Virus record (IMG/VR): IMGVR_UViG_3300027749_000093
Location: 1-64,000 of that record
Source of the DNA: a virus
Strand: one strand, 5' to 3'
DNA: 64,000 nt
Positions 8,973 to 18,410 of this stretch are shown in pieces; positions within the stretch are counted from its first letter, which is position 1; each line of letters starts with the position of its first letter. Made by a program: the position numbers and the translations under genes. The notes under the pieces were generated by a model that saw only the letters and a list, made by a program, of their open reading frames with translations, had not been told where the DNA came from and did no database searches.

Positions 8973-9228
8973 AGTTGATTAGTTTATCTATATTAACATC
9001 ATGTTCCTCTAATAACTCTCCAATCCTTTTATAAACCATATCTAATGCATCATATCTATTAATGCTATCAGATTCCATTGCCCATTCCAATGTTTTCTTA
9101 CTATTATGCACTAACTCCCATAACACTAAAGCCATATCAGTTGCCTTTATGCATCTTGTATGTGCCATTGAATCCTCTGCATCATCCAAATTAAAATGTA
9201 ATTCTGCTTTCATAATTATTCTGTCCAT
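8971..9228 (-). CDS. Conserved hypothetical phage protein
   Basis: MKA.L.FNL.D.ED..AH..C.KA.DMA..LWE. Confidence 0.7.
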   Translation of the reverse strand: MDRIIMKAELHFNLDDAEDSMAHTRCIKATDMALVLWELVHNSKKTLEWAMESDSINRYDALDMVYKRIGELLEEHDVNIDKLIN

Positions 9229-9434
9229 TTATGGAGTGGACAACCATTTTCTATTTTAGCAAATACTTTTATTTTGGTTGTGCAACCACATTGTTTACAA
9301 TAATCCCTAATAGTTCCATTTACCCATTGGTCGCAACTAAAACATATCTCTAACCTTTTTTCAGCTATTTCTTTTTGTTCTTCAGTTGGATTTATATAAG
9401 CTGCATATGATTCTATAATGTTTTTTATATTCAT
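9216..9434 (-). CDS. Small zinc-binding protein (DUF6171-like)
   Basis: RLEIC..C...C..CGC....K......CP..KW. Confidence 0.7.
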   Translation of the reverse strand: MNIKNIIESYAAYINPTEEQKEIAEKRLEICFSCDQWVNGTIRDYCKQCGCTTKIKVFAKIENGCPLHKWTE

Positions 9435-9781
9435 AGTATTTCTTTTATAGGTATAAGCACTCCTAATGAAGTATTATTATCACCACCTTTTGTAAATTTT
9501 CCTTTGTAAAACAATTTAACTAATTCTTTTAGTCTTTTAGTTGAAACAATTATTGCAGTATCATTATTGCTTAAACGATAAATCCAATAATCTGATATAG
9601 TTGTTGAAATTCCTGATGGGTTTTCTTTGTGATAAACTTCTATGTATATATTTCCTGTTTTATTAGCAATTCTATCACTTTTTACTTCAACTTTATATCC
9701 ACCATCAAATAATTCTTTAACCCACTTTTCAGATATTTCACCAAACTCTAAATCGTAATAAAATGAACTGCTGTACTTCAT
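9431..9781 (-). CDS. PD-(D/E)XK nuclease-like protein
   Basis: DL..GE..E, VEVKSD....TGNIYIE....PSGI.TT..DYW. Confidence 0.7.
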   Translation of the reverse strand: MKYSSSFYYDLEFGEISEKWVKELFDGGYKVEVKSDRIANKTGNIYIEVYHKENPSGISTTISDYWIYRLSNNDTAIIVSTKRLKELVKLFYKGKFTKGGDNNTSLGVLIPIKEIL

Positions 9782-10077
9782 TATATAGACTTTATTGCTT
9801 TAGAATCTCTTATCTCTATTTTGTCTTTATTAAGATGCAGTAAAAGAATTAATAGTTGTTCTGCTTCTGAATAGTCTAAAACAAATTTAGTTTCACCTAT
9901 CTTAAATTTAATATCGTTTTCACGTTCTTTAGCTTCAGCACATAGTTCACCTCGAAGCCCTTCTATCCAATCTCTATTACATGAATAATATAGAAAATGC
10001 TTGTCTTCTAATTCAAACAAATTATAGTCATGCTGTAATTCATCATCAAAACCATGTTGTGTCATTACTTGTATCAT
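9781..10077 (-). CDS. Hypothetical protein
   Basis: ORF in operon. Confidence 0.6.
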   Translation of the reverse strand: MIQVMTQHGFDDELQHDYNLFELEDKHFLYYSCNRDWIEGLRGELCAEAKERENDIKFKIGETKFVLDYSEAEQLLILLLHLNKDKIEIRDSKAIKSI

Positions 10078-10082
10078 AGTGG

Positions 10083-10571
10083 TTATTTTATTTTTGATTC
10101 AATAAAGTCAATTATTTCAGTATAGTTTAAGTTTTTCAATGAAATTTCTTTTTCTACAGTACGAACACTATGTATAATAGTAGTATGGTCTTGATTGTTT
10201 AAAAAATTACCAATAGTTGCTAAACTCATTCCAATATGTTTCCTGCATAAATAACTAAAGCATTGTCTGTAAATAACAAATGGTTCTTTTCTAGTTTTAT
10301 TATTAAATCCTTCAAAATAATCTTTAAATAAACTATGTATTTGTTCAAATTTAGAAGCATCAAAAACTTTACTTTTAGCCCTTTCGGGATATAATAAATT
10401 AAACTGAGTTGTTAATATATCAACCGATATCATCATTTTATTTAATAATTGGTTAAACTCACTCATTTTTAATTCTAAAATTCCTCTTGAAGTAAGCGCA
10501 TAACAATCTTTTATATGTTTTTCGCAATTTTTTAGGTTTAAGTAGCTTTGTCGATTGGTTGTTTTCATCAT
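10083..10571 (-). CDS. Protein with DnaA C-terminal (domain IV) DNA-binding domain
   Basis: R...V..RQ...YL.R....SL..IG..L...DHTTIIHS. Confidence 0.85.
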   Translation of the reverse strand: MMKTTNRQSYLNLKNCEKHIKDCYALTSRGILELKMSEFNQLLNKMMISVDILTTQFNLLYPERAKSKVFDASKFEQIHSLFKDYFEGFNNKTRKEPFVIYRQCFSYLCRKHIGMSLATIGNFLNNQDHTTIIHSVRTVEKEISLKNLNYTEIIDFIESKIK

Positions 10572-11116
10572 TTTAGTTTCGTTTTTACAAGATTTAATTT
10601 ATGTCTATATTCAAAAAGCATTTGTTTGATTTCATCCCTAGTAGGCTTATATACTTGCCTTGATTGTTCAGCTAACCAATCTGTGATGCCATTGTTTTCT
10701 TTTTCTAATCGTATTGTGTATTCTTCAATATTACCGTCTTTATACTCATTGCAGGTTTTACATTGAGGTCTGCAATTCTGTTGTAAAAACCTAGTACCTA
10801 AATTTGCCCTAGGTATAAAATGTCCGCATTGCAAGGTTGTATAATGTTCCTTTTTACCACAAGTAAAGCATTCAGAATTACCATCATTATCGCTGTATTT
10901 AATCCTTATGTACCTACTAAATACTGCATCTAAATCATTTATTAAATTCTGTAGTGATTCATCTGATTCATTACCCTGTTCAAGTTCATATTTTTCAACC
11001 CTTTTACTTGTACTAGATACTGTAGCACATTGCTTGCACATCTTTTTTGAAAAATGGTAGTCAATCTTACCACAATTTAAGCATCTTTTTTTCTTATTTA
11101 TTATAGTAGAATTCAT
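10568..11116 (-). CDS. ninG: NinG/Rap-like recombination endonuclease
   Basis: FS.YIR, CFTCG, QCGHF..R....RF...N...QC..CN...GN..EY. Confidence 0.85.
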   Translation of the reverse strand: MNSTIINKKKRCLNCGKIDYHFSKKMCKQCATVSSTSKRVEKYELEQGNESDESLQNLINDLDAVFSRYIRIKYSDNDGNSECFTCGKKEHYTTLQCGHFIPRANLGTRFLQQNCRPQCKTCNEYKDGNIEEYTIRLEKENNGITDWLAEQSRQVYKPTRDEIKQMLFEYRHKLNLVKTKLK

Positions 11117-11388
11117 TATAAAATACTTAATTCATCAATAATAGCATCCCTTTGTGCGCCACTTAAAAATGGTAAAATATCAATACTTTGACCAAATACA
11201 ATAACTTCAACACTTGTTAAATTAACTTCAATTAATTCATTCTCATCTATCTCATGTATGCCATGAAATTCAATCTTTTGTGGTGGATAAATAGCATAAG
11301 TTCCATCATATCCAATTACAAAATCAATAGACGGGGTAATACTAATAATTTCAGTTTCATGTTTAATTTCTTTCCTAAATGCACTCAT
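11116..11388 (-). CDS. Hypothetical protein
   Basis: ORF in operon. Confidence 0.6.
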   Translation of the reverse strand: MSAFRKEIKHETEIISITPSIDFVIGYDGTYAIYPPQKIEFHGIHEIDENELIEVNLTSVEVIVFGQSIDILPFLSGAQRDAIIDELSIL

Positions 11389-11525
11389 TTTATTTTATTT
11401 TTATTGGTTTGTTTAATTGGTAATCCCACATCCAATGAGTAATAATTCCATTACTATTAACCTCCATATATCCAAGTAACTTTAGCAATAAATATATGTT
11501 ATCTCTGTTCTCATTCATTGTTACA

Positions 11526-11611
11526 CAAAGATAAGATAAAACATTCTTAATCCACAACTTTTTTTAATAAATAAATAAATTTGTTTATTAATTTATTTGT
11601 ATTTATGTTTG
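11526..11611. promoter_or_regulatory. Back-to-back Bacteroidota promoters
   Basis: Minus: TATCTTTG (11533-11526) with TTG at 11557-11555; plus: TTTG 11580-11583 and TATGTTTG 11604-11611. Confidence 0.75.
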
Positions 11612-11631
11612 CGACACACAAAAATTAAAAA

Positions 11632-11820
11632 ATGAAAAAAGAAAAAAACCTTCCTGAAGAAATTAAAACTGCATTAGATGGTAGAACACAAAGATGGTTA
11701 TCATTAAATGCCAAGATTCCTGAATCTGAATTATCTAGAAAAATGAAAGGTAAGAATAATTTTATAGATTCTGAATTACAAAGAATAAATGAATTATTGA
11801 AAACAAATTTTACTAATTAG
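11632..11820 (+). CDS. Cro/XRE-like HTH protein
   Basis: GRTQRWLS....I.ESELSRKM.G...F...EL..I. Confidence 0.8.
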   Translation: MKKEKNLPEEIKTALDGRTQRWLSLNAKIPESELSRKMKGKNNFIDSELQRINELLKTNFTN

Positions 11821-11834
11821 TTAATTAATATCAA

Positions 11835-12221
11835 ATGAGTATAACATCAAAAGATAAAGTTGCATTAAAAATCAAACTTTATAATAAAACAAATGGATGT
11901 TGTGCATATTGTGGATGCGAATTACATAACGGAAATTTTCAAATAGACCATATTATTCCAAAAAGACGTGGCAGTAATAGTCAATACCATAGTAATTATA
12001 ACAAAGAAAAAGGTAGTGATAATGAAAATAATTTAATTGCTTGTTGCGGTTCTTGTAATTCTTCTAAATCAGATTTAGACTTAGAAGATTTTAGAGAAAG
12101 AGTTTTAGATAGAATTAAAAGACTTAATGATTATTCAACGGAATATAATATTGCTAAGAGATTTGGATTAATTAAAGAATTAGATATTCCTATTATATTT
12201 TATTTTGAAAAATTAACTTAA
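11835..12221 (+). CDS. HNH endonuclease
   Basis: CAYCG, IDHIIP, NL..CC..CN..K. Confidence 0.9.
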   Translation: MSITSKDKVALKIKLYNKTNGCCAYCGCELHNGNFQIDHIIPKRRGSNSQYHSNYNKEKGSDNENNLIACCGSCNSSKSDLDLEDFRERVLDRIKRLNDYSTEYNIAKRFGLIKELDIPIIFYFEKLT

Positions 12222-12225
12222 AATA

Positions 12226-12777
12226 ATGGCTAAAGATAGTTTTTGGTTTCGGCATGATTATAATGCTAGAAACGATGAAAAAATATTAGAATTAATGTCA
12301 GAATATGGTGCTGAATCATACGGTATTTATTGGATGATTATAGAAACTATGGCTGAAAATGAGAATGGATGTATTAAAGCATCATTACTAGGGGGGCTTT
12401 CGCATGGCTTTAGGGTGGCTAAAACTAGATTAATTGAAATAATTCAATGTTGTATTAGGGTTGAATTATTACACGAAAAAGATGGTAACTACTTTAGTAA
12501 CAGGCTTTTAAAGCATAAAGAAGAACGTAAGTTTTTCTCTGATAAAGGTAAAGAAGGTGCTGCTATTAAAAAAGAAAAAAATAGGGGGGCTTCAGGGGGC
12601 TTTAACAGAGGAAAGGATATAACAGGATATAACAATATAAAAAAGGGAATTAATTTTGAAAATGATAGGGTTTATTTTGAAGATGGAAGTTTTCAAGAAC
12701 TAGGAAAAGACCAAAAGGCATTATTTGAAGATGGTAGAATCAAACCAAGCGATATTACTAAAGGACTTATAAATTAA
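12226..12777 (+). CDS. Putative replication initiator (DUF4373/Lin1244-like)
   Basis: WF.HD.NARND.KI..L...YG...YG.YW.IIE; precedes primase-helicase. Confidence 0.75.
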   Translation: MAKDSFWFRHDYNARNDEKILELMSEYGAESYGIYWMIIETMAENENGCIKASLLGGLSHGFRVAKTRLIEIIQCCIRVELLHEKDGNYFSNRLLKHKEERKFFSDKGKEGAAIKKEKNRGASGGFNRGKDITGYNNIKKGINFENDRVYFEDGSFQELGKDQKALFEDGRIKPSDITKGLIN

Positions 12778-12786
12778 AATTAAAAT

Positions 12787-14667
12787 ATGTACTACGACCA
12801 ATTAAGTGATTTAGGAATTAAATTAAGGAGAAGAAGTGGACAAGAGAAAACTACTTGCCCACAATGTTCTGAAAGTAGAAGAAATAAAAAAGATACTTCA
12901 TTGTCGGTAAATATTACAGAAGGAACTTATAATTGCCATCACTGTAGTTGGAAGGGTAGTGTCAAGCAATTTCAGCAAAAAGAAATGAAGAAGAAGTTTG
13001 AGAAGCCTGACCAATCAATGCTAAAAAGCATAAGTCTAAACGAAAAAGTTGTAGCATATTCAAAAGCAAGAGGAATATCTGAAGAGACTTTAAAACGATT
13101 TATGATTCATGCAAAAGAAGAATGGATGCCACAGACTCAGAAGAAAGAAAGATGTATTGTATTTCCATATATTCGTAGTGGTGAATTAATTAATGCAAAG
13201 TTTAGGGATGGCGCAAAAAATTTCAGATTATGTAAAGATGCTGAAATGACTTTTTTTGGTATGCAAACATTAGATGGAAAACATTGTGCAATAATTACGG
13301 AAGGAGAATGGGATGCCTTAGCAGCTTATGAAGCAGGATTTGGTAAGAATTATGAAACAGTAGCAGACAAAGATGGAGTTGTGGTTGAACATGATTTGGG
13401 TAGATGGGCAGTATTATCAGTTCCAAATGGCGCAAGTATGGGAAGTCAGAAGTTAGAATACCTTGATAATTGTTCTGATTGGTTAAGTTCTATTGATGAA
13501 TTTGTAATAGCAACAGATGGTGATGAAGCAGGTATTTCTTTAAGGGATGAATTGGTAAGAAGATTAGGAGTTGAGAAGTGCAGGATACTACATTATCCTT
13601 CAGATGCCGTTATTTCGAACATAGATGGCTCAAAACGGGCTTGTAAGGATTTAAATGAGGTTTTACTTGTCTTTGGAAAAGATGCCCTTATTTCGCTTGT
13701 AAATGAGTCTGATGCGCTACCTGTAGATGGGATTACATATTTAGGCGATATATTTCCTACTATGTTAGAGAATTTTAGAAATGGTGTTAAATTATCTCCA
13801 ACAACAAGATTTGGTGATTTTGATGAATATTTTAGATGGAAGAAAGGTGACATTAACGTAGTTATTGGATATGGAAATCATGGTAAAACTACATTTTGGT
13901 TACAAATGATGCTTACCAAAAGTATTTATGATGGTTGGAAATGGGCTATTTTTAGTCCTGAAAATTATCCTGCAAATGATTTTTATGATGATTTGGTTGA
14001 AATGTATGCAGGAAAATGGTTAGATAAAATGGATGAAAAAGAATATGTAGAAGCCTGTGGATTTGTTAATGACCATATTTTTTATGTGTATCCTGAAAAC
14101 GAACATGATATTGAATCTATACATGAAAAATTTAGATATTTAATATTAAAAAAGGGTTGCGATGGAGTAATGATTGACCCATTTAATCAATTGGATAAAA
14201 CACAAAAACCTTACGAAAGGGATGACCAATATATTGGAAATGTGCTGAAGGATATAAAAAGATTTGCGTTACTTAATGCTGTTTCGTACAATATTGTTAT
14301 GCACCCTAAAAATCCAAATTATAATAATGATAAATCATTACCTGTCGTAGATATGTACGATATTGCAGGTGGTGCTATGACAGGCAATAAATCTGACCAA
14401 ATAATTTCATATTACCGACCTAATTTTCATTTAGATAAAAACGACCCTAATGTTCAGGTTTATATTCAAAAATTAAAAAGAAGAAGAACAGGTGGTAAAT
14501 TAGGGCAGTTTGATATCAAGTTAAATTGGAGTACAAAAAGGTATTCAGATATGTTTGACCATACTTATTGCGACCCTGAAAGAGCAAAAAGAATATTATT
14601 TCAAGAAAATAATGGCATATTGCAAAATCCACAACAGCAAGAATTAACCGATGAAACACCATTCTAA
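12787..14667 (+). CDS. Primase-helicase (Zn finger + TOPRIM + SF4 helicase, Twinkle/T7 gp4-like)
   Basis: CPQC..CHHC; ITEGEWDAL; SVPNGA; D.D.AG; KDLNE; G.GNHGKT; IDPFN; HP. Confidence 0.92.
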   Translation: MYYDQLSDLGIKLRRRSGQEKTTCPQCSESRRNKKDTSLSVNITEGTYNCHHCSWKGSVKQFQQKEMKKKFEKPDQSMLKSISLNEKVVAYSKARGISEETLKRFMIHAKEEWMPQTQKKERCIVFPYIRSGELINAKFRDGAKNFRLCKDAEMTFFGMQTLDGKHCAIITEGEWDALAAYEAGFGKNYETVADKDGVVVEHDLGRWAVLSVPNGASMGSQKLEYLDNCSDWLSSIDEFVIATDGDEAGISLRDELVRRLGVEKCRILHYPSDAVISNIDGSKRACKDLNEVLLVFGKDALISLVNESDALPVDGITYLGDIFPTMLENFRNGVKLSPTTRFGDFDEYFRWKKGDINVVIGYGNHGKTTFWLQMMLTKSIYDGWKWAIFSPENYPANDFYDDLVEMYAGKWLDKMDEKEYVEACGFVNDHIFYVYPENEHDIESIHEKFRYLILKKGCDGVMIDPFNQLDKTQKPYERDDQYIGNVLKDIKRFALLNAVSYNIVMHPKNPNYNNDKSLPVVDMYDIAGGAMTGNKSDQIISYYRPNFHLDKNDPNVQVYIQKLKRRRTGGKLGQFDIKLNWSTKRYSDMFDHTYCDPERAKRILFQENNGILQNPQQQELTDETPF

Positions 14668-14843
14668 TGACATCACTAGAAAAGTTTATGCTACACATGA
14701 AGCAATTTGATTATCATTTGAGTAAAGACTTAATTGAACTTTACCAAAAATTGGTAAAAGAAGAATTAGAGATGCAAAAAGAATTGATACAATTAAAAAT
14801 AGAAAACGAAAGACTTAGTACTTTAAATTTAAATAACAAATAA
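14667..14843 (+). CDS. Small coiled-coil hypothetical protein (58 aa, not in ORF track)
   Basis: TAATG-coupled ORF filling the gap to ssb. Confidence 0.5.
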   Translation: MTSLEKFMLHMKQFDYHLSKDLIELYQKLVKEELEMQKELIQLKIENERLSTLNLNNK

Positions 14844-14855
14844 AAACAAAACAAA

Positions 14856-15236
14856 ATGAGTTTCTTAAAACTACAATTAATCGGAAATCTAGGAAATGAT
14901 GCTATCGTTAACGATGTTAATGGCAAAAAAGTAATTAATGCTAACGTAGCTGTTTCAGAAAAATGGAAAGATGCCCAAAACAATCCAAAAGAAAAAACAA
15001 CATGGGTATCTATTAGTTATTGGACTGATAAAACAGGTTTGATTCCTTACCTTACAAAGGGTTGTTTAGTGTATATTGAAGGAAAGCCTGAAAGTAAAAT
15101 ATACACTAACAAAGAAGGAGTTGCAATACCACAGTTACACCTTACAGTAGCTTCTTTGCAGCTTTTATCAAGCAATAAAACTCAGCAAGTAGAAAAAAAT
15201 ATTTCTGATGATGATAATCTTGGATTGCCTTTTTAG
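14856..15236 (+). CDS. ssb: Single-stranded DNA-binding protein
   Basis: LIGNLG.D, TTW, YL.KG..VYIEG, acidic tail ending LPF. Confidence 0.93.
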   Translation: MSFLKLQLIGNLGNDAIVNDVNGKKVINANVAVSEKWKDAQNNPKEKTTWVSISYWTDKTGLIPYLTKGCLVYIEGKPESKIYTNKEGVAIPQLHLTVASLQLLSSNKTQQVEKNISDDDNLGLPF

Positions 15237-15256
15237 GATAAACAAAAAATGTTTTT

Positions 15257-16198
15257 ATGGAATTAAATAAAATATATCAAGAACCTTGCTTAGATACACT
15301 TAAACGTATGCCTAATAATTATTTAGATTGCGTTATTACATCACCACCTTATTGGCAATTAAGAGATTATGGCTACGATGGACAATGGGGATTAGAACCA
15401 ACATTTCAAGAATATCTTGAACACCTTTGGGAAATGATGGATGAAATTTGGCGAGTGTTGAAAAACGATGGTACGGTTTGGATTAACTTGGGAGATACTT
15501 ATGGTGGTGGTATTAGTGGACAAGGGGGGAATACAAGTAAACATACAGAAGAAAAAGCAAGTATAAAAGGAACAAAATTTGAAAGTGGAATTAAAAAACC
15601 TTTAAATAAGTGTCTTTTGCTTATACCACACCGTTTTGCTATTGGTTGTATAGATAGAGGTTGGATAATAAGAAACGATATAATTTGGGCAAAACGTAAT
15701 GGGATGCCCGAAAGTACAAAAGATAGATTTAGCAAGAAACACGAGTATTTCTTTTTAATAGTTAAATCTGAAAAGTATTTTTTTGATTTAGATGCTATAA
15801 GAGATAAACATAATGCTGCTTCTTTAGAAAGATATAAATATGAATTTAGTGGCAATAAATTAGATGCAGATAGAGATAAAATTGGTACTCCTAGTGGTAT
15901 TTTTGAAAATAAAAAAGGCAAAAATCCTGGTTCTGTATCTGATTTTTGGGATATACCAACAAAACCATCTTCAAATGAACATTATGCTGCATACAATGAT
16001 AAATTATTAGAGAAACCAATATTAGCAGGTTGTCCTATTGGTGGCATAGTTTACGACCCATTTATGGGAACAGGTAGTACTGCAGAAATTTCTTTACGAA
16101 CTAATAGAAATTATATTGGAAGCGAAATGAGTATTGAATATTGTAAAATAGCAGAACAAAGACTAAATCCATACAAACAACAAATTTCATTATTTTAA
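15257..16198 (+). CDS. DNA N4-cytosine/N6-adenine methyltransferase (beta class)
   Basis: TSPPYW near N-terminus; DPFMGTGST near C-terminus. Confidence 0.92.
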   Translation: MELNKIYQEPCLDTLKRMPNNYLDCVITSPPYWQLRDYGYDGQWGLEPTFQEYLEHLWEMMDEIWRVLKNDGTVWINLGDTYGGGISGQGGNTSKHTEEKASIKGTKFESGIKKPLNKCLLLIPHRFAIGCIDRGWIIRNDIIWAKRNGMPESTKDRFSKKHEYFFLIVKSEKYFFDLDAIRDKHNAASLERYKYEFSGNKLDADRDKIGTPSGIFENKKGKNPGSVSDFWDIPTKPSSNEHYAAYNDKLLEKPILAGCPIGGIVYDPFMGTGSTAEISLRTNRNYIGSEMSIEYCKIAEQRLNPYKQQISLF

Positions 16199-16199
16199 T

Positions 16200-16421
16200 A
16201 TGATACACGAATTTAAAACCCCATTAGCAGTTCATACACCACATGGTGAAGGAGAAGCTTATTTATTAGTTGACTATGGGTTAAATACAAATAGTGTTTG
16301 GATAGTCCGTATAAAAGGTGGAAGAATTAACCATTATTATTCTGATGATATTAGAATTTATGATAACCCTATGAATGGAAAAGGATGGGATACTGAAATA
16401 CCTGAAAATTGGAAAAAATAA
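16200..16421 (+). CDS. Conserved hypothetical phage protein
   Basis: V.TP.G.G.A....DYG...N..W. Confidence 0.7.
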   Translation: MIHEFKTPLAVHTPHGEGEAYLLVDYGLNTNSVWIVRIKGGRINHYYSDDIRIYDNPMNGKGWDTEIPENWKK

Positions 16422-16466
16422 GAATATAATAAAAAATCATATCTTTATCACCCAAAAACACACAAT

Positions 16467-16730
16467 ATGAGTTCGTTTAAACCTTTAGGACAAAGAATTT
16501 TAGTTGAAGAATTGCCATTAGAAAAGCAAACTGAAAGCGGATTAATTATCCCTGATACAGTTGCTAAAATATATGCAAAAGGAATTGTAAGGTACAAAAG
16601 TGATGAAGTTACTAAGGTAGAAGTAGGAGATAAAATTTTATTCCCTGCTAACATTGGTAACATTATTACTCAAGATGGAGTAGATATGAAGTTGATGCTT
16701 GTAGAGATGGTTGATGGAATTATTTCTTAG
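16467..16730 (+). CDS. groES: Co-chaperonin GroES
   Basis: FKPLG.RILVE, TESGLIIPDT, V.VGDKILF. Confidence 0.9.
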   Translation: MSSFKPLGQRILVEELPLEKQTESGLIIPDTVAKIYAKGIVRYKSDEVTKVEVGDKILFPANIGNIITQDGVDMKLMLVEMVDGIIS

Positions 16731-16771
16731 TTTAAGATAATTTTCTTAATATTGGGTATAAATTTTTAGTT

Positions 16772-16972
16772 ATGGCAATGGAAACTTTACCTCCGCAACA
16801 AGGAAAACCTTCAATAAAATTTCATAAAGGTGGCTTACATGAGTCACTTGGAGTTGCCGCAGACAAAAAAATACCTAAAGAAAAAATTCAAGCAGCATTA
16901 GCAGGTTCATATGGCGATAAAGCCCAAAAACAAGCACAATTTGCAAAAAATGTATTAGTTGGAAGTAAGTAA
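16772..16972 (+). CDS. Small basic phage protein
   Basis: KGGLH.SLGV...KKIP..KI..A......A.K.AQFA.N. Confidence 0.7.
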   Translation: MAMETLPPQQGKPSIKFHKGGLHESLGVAADKKIPKEKIQAALAGSYGDKAQKQAQFAKNVLVGSK

Positions 16973-17003
16973 TTTCCCCCCGTAACAAGTTACTTACTAA
17001 ATT

Positions 17004-17027
17004 GCAGCCCTAACAGGCTGCTTTTTT
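17004..17027 (+). terminator. Intrinsic terminator
   Basis: gcagcc-ctaaca-ggctgc followed by T6. Confidence 0.8.
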
Positions 17028-17070
17028 ATTTTGTTAATTGTCCGAAATATTTAATAAATTCGTGGTTAAT

Positions 17071-17901
17071 ATGACTAATACCAATATAAAAGCAGTAAAT
17101 AGTGTTCTTTTAAAACTAAAAGAACCTGTTAAAACTGTGATTGAAACCGAAAGCGGATTTAAACTAGAACTTGCAGGAAACTTTAACATCGAATGGAATG
17201 TAACCGTACAAGGTGTTATAGAGTCATTACCAAAAAATAGCCCATACTTGGGTGAAATAAAAAAAGGAGACGAGGTTTGTTTTTCTTATTTTATTGTAAA
17301 TGACAGAAGTTTTGATACTGATGTAGATATGTTTAATCCATCAATTGAAAGCAATTATATGCAGCAGTTTATTGATGGCAGGGGTGCTAGGATTAATATT
17401 ATAGCAGTACCGGGAATTATAACCAAAAAATGGGTTTGTTCTTACATCGATGAAAATGGAAACTTTGTTCATGGCTTTGAGGGAACAGAATCAGAAATGG
17501 AAAGATGGAAGTCTCAGTATAAATTTGGTAGTGTACAAAGATTTAAGTTTGAAAATTTAATAGATTATAATTCTGAACACTATTGGAGATGTGACAACCA
17601 ATTTTTATTTGCTAAGATAGTGGATGGTAAACTTGTTTCACTTGGAGACAGAGTAATTTTAACTCCCATAGACATAGATGTTCCTAAAGAAACATTGACT
17701 GCAATGGGTATTAAAATACCTGATACTTCAGTTCAGGCAAGGCTTTCAGATAGGGCTATGGTTTATTCAGGTGGCGAAAGAATGGGGATTAAGCAAGGAG
17801 ATACGGTAGGGTTTGACCCAAGATTTGTAGAAAAATATGAATTCAATAATAAACAATACTTTTTACTTAGAGAAGATAGAGTTCTAGGTACTTGGAATTA
17901 A
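17071..17901 (+). CDS. Protein with tandem GroES-like domains
   Basis: TESG..L...G.I..LP...IKKGDEV.F; second unit LGDRVIL.P...GIKQGDTVGF. Confidence 0.65.
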   Translation: MTNTNIKAVNSVLLKLKEPVKTVIETESGFKLELAGNFNIEWNVTVQGVIESLPKNSPYLGEIKKGDEVCFSYFIVNDRSFDTDVDMFNPSIESNYMQQFIDGRGARINIIAVPGIITKKWVCSYIDENGNFVHGFEGTESEMERWKSQYKFGSVQRFKFENLIDYNSEHYWRCDNQFLFAKIVDGKLVSLGDRVILTPIDIDVPKETLTAMGIKIPDTSVQARLSDRAMVYSGGERMGIKQGDTVGFDPRFVEKYEFNNKQYFLLREDRVLGTWN

Positions 17902-17912
17902 AAATTAATATT

Positions 17913-18407
17913 ATGGCAGTAAAATTATTATTAAATGCAAACATGAAAAAGTGGTTGCAAAAATCAATAGAAAGCGAATTATACGCATCAAATTTGTATA
18001 AGCATTTAGCTAATCAACTTCAAAGATTAGGACTATTTGGTACTCAAGCATTTTTCTTAAATGAAAGTGCTGATGAATTAAAGCATTATCAAATTATTGT
18101 TGAATTTATCAATGATATGGGGGATGTAGCAAGTATGCCAAAGGTTGATGCTTGTGCAGATAAGGTTACTTGTATTGGTGATGCATTAGATATTGCCTAT
18201 GAAACCGAATATGATTTGTTAGAACACTACAAAGAGTTTTATGACATGGCAGAAGAAGATGATTGTATTGTTGGGCAATTCTTATTGCAATTTATTGAAA
18301 TTCAAAGAAAATCAGTTGGTGATTATGGTGATTTGTTATCTAAATATGAAATAGCTAAAGAAAACAAAGAAATACTATTTTTCGACAAACAAATAGGTAA
18401 AATCTAA
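17913..18407 (+). CDS. Ferritin-like protein
   Basis: I..ELYAS..Y, G...FF..ES.DE..H, YE.E, FL..FI..Q. Confidence 0.85.
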   Translation: MAVKLLLNANMKKWLQKSIESELYASNLYKHLANQLQRLGLFGTQAFFLNESADELKHYQIIVEFINDMGDVASMPKVDACADKVTCIGDALDIAYETEYDLLEHYKEFYDMAEEDDCIVGQFLLQFIEIQRKSVGDYGDLLSKYEIAKENKEILFFDKQIGKI

Positions 18408-18410
18408 GAT

